Below, in pieces: positions 24,461 to 36,158 of a DNA stretch of 36,759 nt. Under the pieces are notes generated by a model. It saw only the letters and a list, made by a program, of their open reading frames with translations. It was not told where the DNA came from and made no database searches. Position numbers and translations under genes: made by a program. This stretch comes from Octopus bimaculoides (Eukaryota), in the NCBI RefSeq assembly GCF_001194135.2, contig NC_068986.1:34898978-34935736 (forward strand), written 5' to 3'. How positions within the stretch are numbered: the stretch's first letter is position 1; every line of letters starts with the position of its first letter.

Positions 24461-24820
24461 ACAAGGGTTCCAGTTGATCCGATCAACGGAACAGCCTGCT
24501 CATGAAATTAACGTGCAATTGGCTGAGCACTCCACAGACACGTGTACCCTTAACGTAGTCCTCGGGGTGATTCAGCGTGACACAGAGTGTGACAAGGCTG
24601 GCCCTTTGAAACACAGGTGCAACAGAAACAGGAAGAAAGAGTGAGAGAAGGTTGTGGTGGAAGAGTACAGCAGGGTTCGCCACCATCCCCTGCCGGAGCC
24701 TCATGGAGCTTTAGGTGTTTTCGCTCAATAAACACTCACAACACTCGGTCTAGGAATCGAAACCGCGATCTTACGACCACAAGTTCACTGCCCTAACCAC
24801 TGGGCCATTGCACCTCCACA
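24461..24820 (-). mobile_element. SINE family A copy; its 3' tail runs into an assembly gap
   Basis: Colinear with 5435-5779. The minus-strand A box (plus-strand ccactgggcca) and B box (plus-strand ggaatcgaaacc) are present. Confidence 0.92.
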
Positions 24821-24899
24821 AACAATTTTTTTATACAACTCCTAATAATATTTAATCATAAAAATATAATAGGGAGTTTTTAGATTTCGAATGACTATG

Positions 24900-24966
24900 G
24901 GGGTCACATCCCTTGAGTAAATAGGAATCAAAGGGTCTATAGGCAAGAAATGGTTGAGAACCACTG
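24900..24966. mobile_element. Possible right terminus of a hAT-like non-autonomous DNA element
   Basis: Ends in ggttgagaaccactg, whose reverse complement cagtggttctcaacc resembles hAT/Charlie-type terminal repeats. No matching TSD was found. Confidence 0.35.
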
Positions 24967-26041
24967 ATTCATGTTTTACCTCTTTTGTTACAAATGTTTC
25001 TGCTACAAACAAATGTTTGCAAATGGAGCCAATAGTTCAGTAACTTTATCAACATTGTTTATCATTTTGTCTCTAATAAATTTCCTTGGTAATAAGATTA
25101 AATAACAGTAATTCCTTTTATGATATTGTTTGTAGAGCATTTTATACTGACGGATAGAAGGGTAAAGTCTAATTGGTTAATCCAACAACCCTTTGTCAAC
25201 TTGTACACACGGGGACTGAAACAGCTTGATAACTCCGAAGGGTTTCACTGTCACTTATGTTGTTGACTTACATATCAAGTTATTGATTATGCTGCTTCCA
25301 GCTTCGTTATTCAATCAACAAACAATAGGGGAATTATTGTCTGGCATTGATTAGATATTGGCAGCATGTAACACCTTACTTAACCAACTTTCCTGGTAGA
25401 TCATATTCATAAAAACCTCCAATAATCTTTCACACACTAGCTTATATTTATTACATTTATACCCAATGACACGTATAGTTTCTTCATTGTTTCAATGTCT
25501 GTTATTTGAACAATAACATTAAATGCAAGTTGTATAGGTTTAACTCTTAAGATGGGTTGCTGTAACTACATACAGTGAGAAACCTTTCATTAGATAAATG
25601 GTGGCTTTTTATTTATGATAGTATTGATGCTAAAGATGATTTGCGCACACACACATGCATATATATAATATTAAAATGTAGGTTGAGTTATATGGTTATA
25701 ACAGTTGTAGTTGTGATGAAATTGTATATTTTATTATTAACAGTATATTAACTAATCTCACACTACTCCTTGCACACATGCACATACACATGCGGAGGCA
25801 AAACAAAAGAGAAAAAAAACAATTACTCCAACCCATTAAGGTGCTGTCCTAACACAATGAACTCTGTGAATCAATTTGAGTGTGTTCAATTCACTGGCGT
25901 TCCACTTAACTCACAATAAACTAATTGCAACTCCATCAATAACTCCTTTTTACCATATTTAACTTAACTCACTCCTTATCTATTCACTTAAATCTCTTTT
26001 CTTTTTTTCCATTTTTAGTCTTTGTTTTGTTTTTTTCTTGA

Positions 26042-26042
<1 letters not shown>

Positions 26043-26085
<43 letters not shown>
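26043..26085. repeat. (ATT)n microsatellite
   Basis: Direct reading of the sequence. Confidence 0.95.
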
Positions 26086-26088
<3 letters not shown>

Positions 26089-26359
26089 CCTTCCTGCTGA
26101 AGTATTGCTACTAACCCAATTCCTATTTTCATTTTAATATTATTTCTAATATAACACTTTCTTTCAAGCTTTTGACCTTTGCACACTCCCCCACCCCCAA
26201 CACTTTTGTTAACATTTCCTTATATTTTGCCTTAGTTTTTGCCTTTTTTTTGTGTATTTTGTATTTCTTTTTTCTTCTTTCGCAGTCTTTAGTGTCATTA
26301 CCATTAATATTATAATTTCATTTTGCTATTAGTTTCATCTCATGTCAGCCCCAACAGTC

Positions 26360-26455
26360 AACATCTTGGGCAAGTTCTTTCTCCTATAGTCTTTGGCCAA
26401 CCAATACTTTGCGAGGCAATTTTGTAGGCAGAAACTGAAAGAAGCTCATGTGTGC
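26360..26455 (+). mobile_element. SINE family D central fragment
   Basis: catcttgggcaagttctttctcctatag...ggcagaaactgaaagaagctc. Confidence 0.6.
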
Positions 26456-26629
26456 TTGTCTGTTTGTATGAATGTTTACAACTTACACAGAGCTGAGCTT
26501 CTACTGTAGCCAGTAATGTCACCATTTGCGGTCGGACTGCAACTGCTGACGTTTGTTGGCATTTCATATCAAATCATCCATTAGTTTCGTGCTTTCAAAT
26601 TTCTTTGGAATAAAACTATCAACTTACTT

Positions 26630-26740
26630 GAAAAACAGGTAAGGGTTGGCAACAGGAAGAGCATCCACCCATAAAAGTCCTGCCTCAATTACCTCTCCCA
26701 TGCTAACATAGAGAAAGTGATATTAGATGAACTAAGAAGT
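26630..26740 (+). mobile_element. Decayed family B-like tail
   Basis: gggttggcaacaggaagagcatccaccc...cccatgctaacatagagaaagtg. Confidence 0.55.
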
Positions 26741-27274
26741 GTTGGTGAAATATCAGCTGAGTTCATTTGTCTGGCGATGTAGAAAATCTAACGGTTTGTA
26801 CTCTTGCTTTTCAATGAAGAGAAGAAAACTAATGAGCGAAAGCCCAAATTGGATTTTGGCATTTTGCAAACTTTCCTTTTGATTTGCTGGTGCCTAGGAA
26901 GATCCTTTCCAATGTCTTTAAATTCCAGACTACCTCTGTGTGTGTGTGTGTGTATTGTACAATTNNNNNNNNNNNNNNNNNNNNNNNNNNNNNNNNNNNN
27001 NNNNNNNNNNNNNNNNNNNNNNNNNNNNNNNNNNNNNNNNNNNNNNNNNNNNNNNNNNNNNNNNNNNNNNNNNNNNNNNNNNNNNNNNNNNNNNNNNNNN
27101 NNNNNNNNNNNNNNNNNNNNNNNNNNNNNNNNNNNNNNNNNNNNNNNNNNNNNNNNNNNNNNNNNNNNNNNNNNNNNNNNNNNNNNNNNNNNNNNNNNNN
27201 NNNNNNNNNNNNNNNNNNNNNNNNNNNNNNNNNNNNNNNNNNNNNNNNNNNNNNNNNNNNNNNNNNNNNNNNNN

Positions 27275-27475
27275 CCACCACTTGACAGCCAGTGTTGGGG
27301 GTGTTTACATGCCTGTGGTTTAGCAGTTTTGGCAAAAAAAAGGACTGATATAATAAGTACCAGGCTTTTAAAAGAATAATAAGTGGTGGGGTTGATTTGT
27401 TTGGCTAAAATTCTTTGAGGTAGTGCCCCGGCATGTCTACAGGCTAATGACTGACATAAGTAAAAGATAAGATAT
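27275..27475 (+). mobile_element. 3' half of a SINE about 150 nt upstream of the C-clamp exon
   Basis: ccaccacttgacagccagtgttg...ataagtaccagg...ggggttgatttg...aatgactga...agtaaaagataaga. The aagtaccag...ggggttgat core is shared with family C. Confidence 0.6.
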
Positions 27476-27621
27476 ATATACATATATATTAAATCCTAAA
27501 TTCTTTTTTAAACATACATACTCTTTATCTCTCTATGTCTCTCATTTACTCTTTTCACACCTCTCTCTATTCTCTCTCTTGTCTGCATGCTTTTCCTTAT
27601 TCTGACTCATTCTGATTCCAG

Positions 27622-27694
27622 AATGCTCAAACCCAAAGAAATGCAGAGCTAGATTTGGTCTTGACCAACAGAATCAGTGGTGTAAACCGTGCAG
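27622..27694 (+). CDS. TCF: TCF exon encoding first half of C-clamp (CRARF exon), 73 nt, phase 1 to phase 2
   Basis: Branch-like ctgac at 27602-27606, acceptor attccag, translation (E)[23 protein letters not shown](R), donor CAG|gtaggg. It has the same motif and 73-nt length as I recall for vertebrate TCF7L2 CRARF/CRALF exons. It is too short to appear in the ORF track. Confidence 0.97.
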
Positions 27695-28573
27695 GTAGGG
27701 AATATTAAAAAAAAAAGAAAAGAAAAAAGAAAAAATGTTTAAATAAATATATATATATATATATATAAATATATATGTGTATTTGCATACATGTATGTTA
27801 ATATATATATATATATATATACATATATATATTGTGTGTGTGTGTGNNNNNNNNNNNNNNNNNNNNNNNNNNNNNNNNNNNNNNNNNNNNNNNNNNNNNN
27901 NNNNNNNNNNNNNNNNNNNNNNNNNNNNNNNNNNNNNNNNNNNNNNNNNNNNNNNNNNNNNNNNNNNNNNNNNNNNNNNNNNNNNNNNNNNNNNNNNNNN
28001 NNNNNNNNNNNNNNNNNNNNNNNNNNNNNNNNNNNNNNNNNNNNNNNNNNNNNNNNNNNNNNNNNNNNNNNNNNNNNNNNNNNNNNNNNNNNNNNNNNNN
28101 NNNNNNNNNNNNNNNNNNNCTCCCCTACCTCTTTCTTTGCTGAGACTATTAATAGCAGTAGTTACATACATATGTATGTATATATATATATATATATATA
28201 TAGTCACACACACACATATATATGTATGTATATATTATGGTGATTACTGTTAATTCTTATACTTTTCCTTTTCTTTCTTTTTGTACATTATTGAGATATT
28301 TTAAGATAATCAAAAATTTCCTTATTTGAATTTAAAAAAAAAAAAAAAGCAATATATTTCTTTATATATATATATATATATATATCTACATATATATCTC
28401 CGCATATCTATTGGCCACAGAAAAGAGATCCTGTCTTGCAAATTAAACGGATAAATTATTCCAGTATTGCGATTTGAAGTAGGTTTTCATGACATGTTTG
28501 TCTGCTTCTGTTTATTTCATTGTCTTACCAAGTCGTTCAACTTTTCTGCAATGGCCATCTTGTCTCGTTTCAG

Positions 28574-28637
28574 ATCAATGCATGAAAAGTGTGATCAAAC
28601 TGCTGATTTAGAAACGAAAATCTCCACGGAGGTATAA
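28574..28637 (+). CDS. Candidate alternative exon after the CRARF exon giving a truncated C-clamp (R-SMHEKCDQTADLETKISTEV-stop)
   Basis: Acceptor tcttgtctcgtttcag. The phase-2 frame is open for 20 codons to TAA at 28635-28637. Donor candidates GAG|gtataa (after 28631) and AAG|gtatcc (after 28644). Confidence 0.4.
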
Positions 28638-30163
28638 CATTAAGGTATCCTCGTTGACCTCTCCGCAGCATGCTCCTTGGCCAATGTAATGCTTAAATCT
28701 TCTACATCCTCGAAAAAGTCATACATTAAGGTGTCAGCTTTGCATGTTACGATATCTCATAGGGGTCTGGGGATATATAAGCTGGTATACCCACCGATAT
28801 TTTTTCCACCCTGTCTTTTTTTACCACCCCATCCCACTCCCCCGAAAACTCTGTGTCCCTTCCCCCCTACTTTCAATTTTTCTGCCACTTCCCACGAAAC
28901 CCCCCATCCAAATGTGGTCATGCTTGTTACGTTGATTTGGTTGGTTGTCCTTTTGCTGCCTGCCAGGGGCACCTTGCTTTGTTGTGTTGTATCTTCGAAC
29001 TGCTTGTCGTTGTAGCCAATCAAAATGCTTGTTTCAGTGTTCCCAAGCATGAAACTCTTTGGCCTGCTGCCTTCGTGGTTTTTATAGGTGTATGTCTTTA
29101 TGCGCAAGCCAATGGTATCATACCTAACTGTCTGTAACCTGTGTTTATTTTTTTGGTTTGTTTGTACAAAATTATATCTTTTATTGTTTTTTGTCTTTTT
29201 TTTTGTATTGTTCTACCCTTACCCCACCCTTTTTTTTTTATACATTTCCTATTTTTCCATATTTCCCACGCCATTCTTCTTATAACATCAATATCTTAAT
29301 ATTTTAAACAATCTTTATTGATTCTATTCCATTTGCTGTCTACTTCTTGGAATTTTGGAATCTGTTAGGGTTTTTTATTTTATGTTTTGTTACAATTTTT
29401 AAAAAAAAGAAACTTTTTTTTTGTCATGGTTTTTTTGCCGTTGCAAGTAAAATGAATAATTCCCTGTGATTCATCTCTAAAGGCTGGTAACAAGATAACT
29501 TTCGCTGTTGAGTTAAACACTCCTTGTAGCTTGCTGCCCATCTATACTTATGCATTCTTGTATATTCGCACACACACACACACAATTACAGCTCCTTTAC
29601 ATAACATTGTTATTGATATATTTCTCCTTTTTTAAGATTCAAACACTAAACCCCAAGCAAGATATCACCAAACTCGGCTGTTATGATATCCTGCAAATTC
29701 CAATCATTATACCTCCTCTTCCATTACTACTACTATTAGTGACTTCTTTTTACTATGTTGATATTAGTATTTCTAGTTCATGAAGTTTTCTTTCGTTCGT
29801 AAGACATTTGTAGAAGTCATTCACCGTTTCTGTTTTAATATGGGAGTGACATTCTTCTAGTAATCAAATGATGCCGAACCAAGGAGAGACAATTCAAAAT
29901 TTTTGTCTAAGTCGATATGAGACATTATACTGAAAGTCTGTTGCAGTTTATTGCCGTTATTATTATTATTATCATCATCATCATTATCATAACCATTATT
30001 TTTTTTTAAACGAACCATTGATTTCTAATTAATATTCATTTGGAAGTAGGAAGGAAAAGTAGCAGGGATGGGGTGGATGGATAAAAAAAAAAAATATCGA
30101 AGTCTGCCTTGTCTAACAAAGCTGACATGTTGTTAATTCTGTTGCTCCTGAAATGTGTCTTAG

Positions 30164-30179
30164 GTCTCACAAGAGACAA
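30164..30179 (+). CDS. Candidate 16-nt microexon (phase 2 to phase 0, R-SHKRQ)
   Basis: gctgac at 30121, acceptor tgtgtcttag, exon GTCTCACAAGAGACAA, donor CAA|gtatgc. Signals this short can occur by chance. Confidence 0.2.
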
Positions 30180-30974
30180 GTATGCCTCACTGTCCAATAT
30201 TTCACTCATCCTTTTCCTAGCAACCTACCCTAGCAGAAAAGCTGTGCCTGTCTCGTTCAGCCATTCTATCCAATTCATCCACCGGATATATCCATATATA
30301 TATTTATTTTTCTCTCATTGTTTCATTTCACAATTATGCTTCACTGGTCCTCCTCCTTCTTTTCTTCTTCTTCCTCCTCCTCCTCCTCCTCCTTCTCTTC
30401 TTGTGTTTTCAGTTTTAAAAGAAAGAATATAACAAAAAAATACAAAACAAACAGACGGGGGTGGGGGAACACGGTTTTTCCTCCAGTTTTTCTCAGTTGT
30501 GTGTGTTTCCTTCATTCCCACTTTTTCTTTCCCTACCCCCCACGTCTTATCTGGTTTTGTTCCTTTCTGTGCATGACAAATAAATAAATAAACCCTTAAA
30601 AAAAAAATTAAATTTGACAAACTAATCTTCTCCTCATCTCCCATCTCCTCACTTCCTTTCTTACTGTGATGTTTTGATCATTTTTAAGCACCATTTTTTT
30701 TTTTTTTTTACCATTTTTTTTTCTGGATGGTTTATATTACGATTGGTTCATTTATTTATTTATTTATTTCTAGTCACCTTTAGTATGTATGTATGTCCAT
30801 ATGTATGTACGTACATAACATTTTTGTATGTATGTACATATATATATATCTGTGTATGTATGTCTCTGTGAGTGAGTGCCTATCTGTCTGCGTGTGCGGC
30901 ATGCACATTTTTAATAGAAAGAGGCTTGGATATTTTTAACAGCTAACATCGTTGTCCTGTCTTTGTTTATATCC

Positions 30975-31021
<47 letters not shown>

Positions 31022-31040
31022 ATCATCATCATCATCATCA
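30975..31040. repeat. (ATT)n(ATC)n compound microsatellite
   Basis: Direct reading of the sequence. Confidence 0.95.
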
Positions 31041-31302
31041 TTCCCTCACTCCCCTTTTCCTTATTTTCCTCTCTATATATTTTTGGTTCTAAGACTATTC
31101 TGCCTGTTTCTCATTGATATTTTCTCTTCTTCTTTTTTTTTTTCTTCCAAGTTTCCTCGCCATTTTCCACCCTATGGTAATGCCAAGAAATTCTTCAGCT
31201 CTCTTTTTGATTGACCACATCCCCAATTCTCAAATGGAAACAAGAAATAAATAAAAAATCTTTTAAATAACAAAAAAAATACAACAAAAAAAACATTCCT
31301 TT

Positions 31303-32293
31303 NNNNNNNNNNNNNNNNNNNNNNNNNNNNNNNNNNNNNNNNNNNNNNNNNNNNNNNNNNNNNNNNNNNNNNNNNNNNNNNNNNNNNNNNNNNNNNNNNN
31401 NNNNNNNNNNNNNNNNNNNNNNNNNNNNNNNNNNNNNNNNNNNNNNNNNNNNNNNNNNNNNNNNNNNNNNNNNNNNNNNNNNNNNNNNNNNNNNNNNNNN
31501 NNNNNNNNNNNNNNNNNNNNNNNNNNNNNNNNNNNNNNNNNNNNNNNNNNNNNNNNNNNNNNNNNNNNNNNNNNNNNNNNNNNNNNNNNNNNNNNNNNNN
31601 NNNNNNNNNNNNNNNNNNNNNNNNNNNNNNNNNNNNNNNNNNNNNNNNNNNNNNNNNNNNNNNNNNNNNNNNNNNNNNNNNNNNNNNNNNNNNNNNNNNN
31701 NNNNNNNNNNNNNNNNNNNNNNNNNNNNNNNNNNNNNNNNNNNNNNNNNNNNNNNNNNNNNNNNNNNNNNNNNNNNNNNNNNNNNNNNNNNNNNNNNNNN
31801 NNNNNNNNNNNNNNNNNNNNNNNNNNNNNNNNNNNNNNNNNNNNNNNNNNNNNNNNNNNNNNNNNNNNNNNNNNNNNNNNNNNNNNNNNNNNNNNNNNNN
31901 NNNNNNNNNNNNNNNNNNNNNNNNNNNNNNNNNNNNNNNNNNNNNNNNNNNNNNNNNNNNNNNNNNNNNNNNNNNNNNNNNNNNNNNNNNNNNNNNNNNN
32001 NNNNNNNNNNNNNNNNNNNNNNNNNNNNNNNNNNNNNNNNNNNNNNNNNNNNNNNNNNNNNNNNNNNNNNNNNNNNNNNNNNNNNNNNNNNNNNNNNNNN
32101 NNNNNNNNNNNNNNNNNNNNNNNNNNNNNNNNNNNNNNNNNNNNNNNNNNNNNNNNNNNNNNNNNNNNNNNNNNNNNNNNNNNNNNNNNNNNNNNNNNNN
32201 NNNNNNNNNNNNNNNNNNNNNNNNNNNNNNNNNNNNNNNNNNNNNNNNNNNNNNNNNNNNNNNNNNNNNNNNNNNNNNNNNNNNNNNNNNNNN
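31303..32293. other. Largest assembly gap; other gaps at 2569-2848, 19287-19382, 24128-24460, 26965-27274, 27847-28119 and 33392-33414
   Basis: Runs of N, mostly flanked by microsatellites or SINEs. Confidence 0.99.
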
Positions 32294-32410
32294 TATACAC
32301 ACACACATATATACATGTGTATGTATACACACCCATTTTACACATATACATACCTCTTACACAAAATATCCCTGATTTTTAAAAATTTTAAACGTTTAAC
32401 TTCACTACTT

Positions 32411-32455
<45 letters not shown>

Positions 32456-33414
32456 TTATTTTCCACTTAACTGAGGCATTTCTACCATGGCCAGCTGTTG
32501 TGTGAGAGTGAAAACAGGATTTCACCCTTTCAGGGGACAAGTTTATACTTACTAGCTAATTTTGAACCATCTCAGAGAAATGTCTAATTCTGACCTTTGA
32601 CTGAGAGTCGTTTGTAAAATAAGCAAACTAGAAATAACTTTTATATCAGACTATGGTCACACTTCTCTAGCAGTGTTCATCTATGTAAAAGCTTATGTAA
32701 GCACCTTGTTTCACTCATTTTCACACATAGCAAAATTTTCTGTTAACCTTTTTTTTTTATATTATTGTTATTATTATTATTATTGTTGTTGTTGTTGTTG
32801 TTGTTATTAATCAAAATTTTCTACATGTTATCTTATTGAATGCCTCCACTTTTAAACCAAATAGGCAAGTGTGAGTGTTGTTAATAAACAGACACACTCT
32901 TCAATTTCAATACATAGAACCCTAATACAATTTGCCCAGTTTTAGCACATGCACAACATACTCTACAATATATGTATGTATATATATATACCATTATAAA
33001 TAGAATACACATTACAGTTATAATTATTTTACACTGCACTTCTCTAAACACTTGACAAATATTCATTACAGTCGATATGAACACCACTAGAAAACAACAC
33101 AGGTCCATTATGAAGACAGACAAAATTTTAACTGATGTAATGATATTAATGATAATCATAACATTAATAGTGTCATACAAAATAATTTACATGATCAATA
33201 AGTTACAAAATAGGAAATTAAGTATAATTATTCTTTTAAAAAATTATGCATTTGTAGATTTGTTTTATTATAATGAATGATTTTGATGTTATTTTGATTT
33301 TGATTTTAGTCTTGTTTTTGGTAAATTTTGTCTTCAGCTTTTGACACTGAGAAAAACTACAACTTGTGTGTCTGTATATGTATATGTGTGTNNNNNNNNN
33401 NNNNNNNNNNNNNN

Positions 33415-33454
<40 letters not shown>

Positions 33455-33845
33455 CAGTATTTTGTTCAAGGAAGCTCTCTTTAAAGACATTATGTTAAAA
33501 GACACAGTATACTTCAAAACTAGGCAAAATGAAATCACCAGAGAAGTGAACAAGCACAACAGATATTAATGTTTCACAGCTTTTGCTGCTCATCTGTATT
33601 ATGTGCACAACCCATTTCTGAAACAAAATTGAAATAACAAACCAGAAGCATATGCAAGTAGTGTAAAAAAATCTCTTTGCCAATATGCAATAAGTCTGTA
33701 CAAGGAGAACAAAATCCAAATTTTGGTTAGATGCAGCTCAATGAAGGATACCAGTTGTATGACAGTAACACTCACTTGCTTACAACTATTATGTGAGGTC
33801 AAGGCAAGGAAACAATAACACCCACATACACATATATATATATAC

Positions 33846-33998
33846 AATGGGCTTCTTTCAGTTTCTATCTACTAAAATACATTCACAAGACTTCAGTCAG
33901 TCCAGGGCTCTAGTAGAAGACATTTGCCCAAGATGTCATGCAGTGGGGCTGAACCAAAAGCTATGTATTTAAGAAGCAAACTTCTTAACACATAGCTA
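33846..33998 (-). mobile_element. SINE family D head and central fragment
   Basis: Plus-strand gggcttctttcagtttct...gaagacatttgcccaagatgtc...gctgaacc...aaacttcttaacacatagc is the reverse complement of the family D pattern. Confidence 0.7.
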
Positions 33999-35793
33999 GT
34001 GTTTATCATTATTATGCTGGTGTTTGCAGAATAAATTAACATGAAATTCTGATGAAAGATTTCAACTTGGACCATTTTATAATAGAAAATTTGTGCCTGA
34101 GGACCAAGGTTAGTCTTAGGTAGTTTGGTATCAAAATGTTAATTTGAAGCTGCAGAACTACTGCATGCATAGGACATAATATTTATATTTTCCCCCAAAA
34201 AGTTCCTTTGTTATATTAACTCATGTACATGACATCAAGCTAAAGGCAGTAAAACAGAAATTTTTGAGTTTGTAAAATAACTAGAGTAATTCCATTTTAT
34301 AATACATAGCAAACTTGGCAAAAACAGATATTTGAAAGAAAATGATATTGAATAAATAATTAAGAATTGAGAAATTTTGCCGGAGGTTATATGAAAATAG
34401 AATTTCGAAATAAACATTTGAATAAAGCAAAACAACAGCGTGTGTCAGTTTAACTCAAGGGGCATAACTCCTGCTTCTAATGGTGTTTTCTGTAAATATT
34501 TAAAAAAATTAATTGTGTGTGTGTGTGTTTGTTTGTACTGCATATTATGTTTAATACTAATAATATTTGCTGAAACAAGAACAGAAATTCTGACAGTGAG
34601 TCTGTTAGCTCTGATAATAGTAGCTTCTAAGTTCGGCAGAAAGGAAAATAGTCTTACATTTTATTCAGAATTACCTCCCATGTTTTCTAGCTGCAATTAT
34701 GGATATTCCGAATATTTTCCCTACCGTTGGATATGTATTAGAGCATTCGTTGCACGTGCGCACACACACACACACACACACAAAACTGAAGATGTTTTTT
34801 CCTTTTTTTTTTCTTTTTCAGATTCATTTGCAAATCTTTTTTTTTTTAGTGACTATTGTTATTATTATTACTTTGACACATCAATAAACAATTGCGGCAG
34901 TTTTTTTTTTTTTTTTTTTTTTCATACATAGAAACATTTATTTGGAGTTTTTTTTCCATTAAAAAAAAAAAAAACTCTTCATTGATGTTGACGTCATCAT
35001 CATCAACATTAACCAATATAATTAACAAATGCTCATTTAGAAAGTGAGGTCTTTTTTTTGGTGGGGGGGGGGAAATAAGTTATATCTTATTTTATGGCCA
35101 TAGTTTAACTTTTTAGTTATTATATTCCTAATTAAATACACAGCCTATTTGTTTTTAATTTATTTGTAAAGTAAAGATTTTGAGGGATTTAGTAAAATAC
35201 CAAATTTTTTCTTTAATAAGCTGGTGTTTTGAACTCTCACACACATTATTCAGTCATACACACACACACACACACAGAGGAAATATTTCTTTAATTAACT
35301 AGTTACTGTACTATCATTTATGGTGACTATCAGATCATAGTACATAGATACATATTAAACTGCTTTTCTGTACACACACAAACACACAGGTAAACACATA
35401 GGTGCAAAACAAGGTGGTAAAAATAGTACTAGAATACCAAAGGTAGAGCAATATAGTTTTATTAAAGCTGAAAAAAATCACAACTCTATATATATATACC
35501 TCATACATTTATAATTCACTATCAACATCATTCTAACAGCTGTCATTGTGCAACCTTAAGGATTCTTCAAGCCAAAATCAAGACTTGCATTTCATTTCCT
35601 GTTGGAACTTATTCCATTCAAAAGAACACAAATACCTTGGAACTGGAACTTTTCATTTTACTTTTCTTATCAATGTGAAACTTTTACTCAATGCTGTTAT
35701 TTTAATATTTCTTGAGTTCAGTGTCAATTAAATCAATTGTGCAAGTCTATATCTGATAATGTTTCCTGATATCTTTATCAGTCTTACACACAC

Positions 35794-35832
<39 letters not shown>

Positions 35833-35863
35833 ATTTACATTTTTGTTTCTGTCTTCGTTACAG

Positions 35864-36158
35864 ACGAAAGAAGAAGTGTATTAGATTCCTGACTGGTGAA
35901 GATGGAACAGCCAGCAACACTGATGGGGAGGATGGCAATGATGATGTTATGAGTGATGGCATCACCACAATGACAACAACTGCAGATTCTATGAATGAAA
36001 GTGACTGTAATTTAGAGAGCCCTAACCTGTCACCTCACAGCGAACACATAAAAGATCAGCAGCAACAGAAATTCATTCAAAATATTAAGGTTGAATCCAC
36101 AGACTCTGCTTATTCTCCACCACCAGTGCCTCGTTCCTGCTCTTCACCAAACACCTAG
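35864..36158 (+). CDS. TCF: TCF last coding exon: second half of C-clamp (RRKKKCIRF) and acidic/Ser-Pro C-terminal tail
   Basis: Pyrimidine tract ttttgtttctgtcttcgttacag, then (R)RKKKCIRFLTGEDGTASNTDGEDGNDDVMSDG...SPPPVPRSCSSPNT and TAG at 36156-36158. This completes the four-cysteine C-clamp. Confidence 0.94.

Larger units (their letters stand above)
8503..27621 (+). other. Intron of TCF gene (about 19.1 kb, phase 1), may contain cassette exons
   Basis: GT at 8503 and AG at 27620-27621. Joining G|AA restores [12 protein letters not shown] in frame. Confidence 0.85.
27695..35863 (+). other. Intron of TCF gene (about 8.2 kb, phase 2)
   Basis: GT at 27695 and ttacag ending at 35863. AG|A joins C-R-R-K-K-K-C-I-R-F in frame. 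Confidence 0.88.

Noticed and set aside
23916-24966. Possible hAT element bounded by cagtggtttctca (23916) and gagaaccactg (24966)
   Set aside because: The left repeat is imperfect and the flanking 8-mers (aaaactac versus attcatgt) do not form a TSD.
34669-34760. Segment after ttattcag encoding ELPPMF...RWICIRAF, echoing KKKCIRF
   Set aside because: It lacks the basic residues and cysteine spacing of a C-clamp, has no good donor and runs into a (CA)n repeat. It is likely coincidence.
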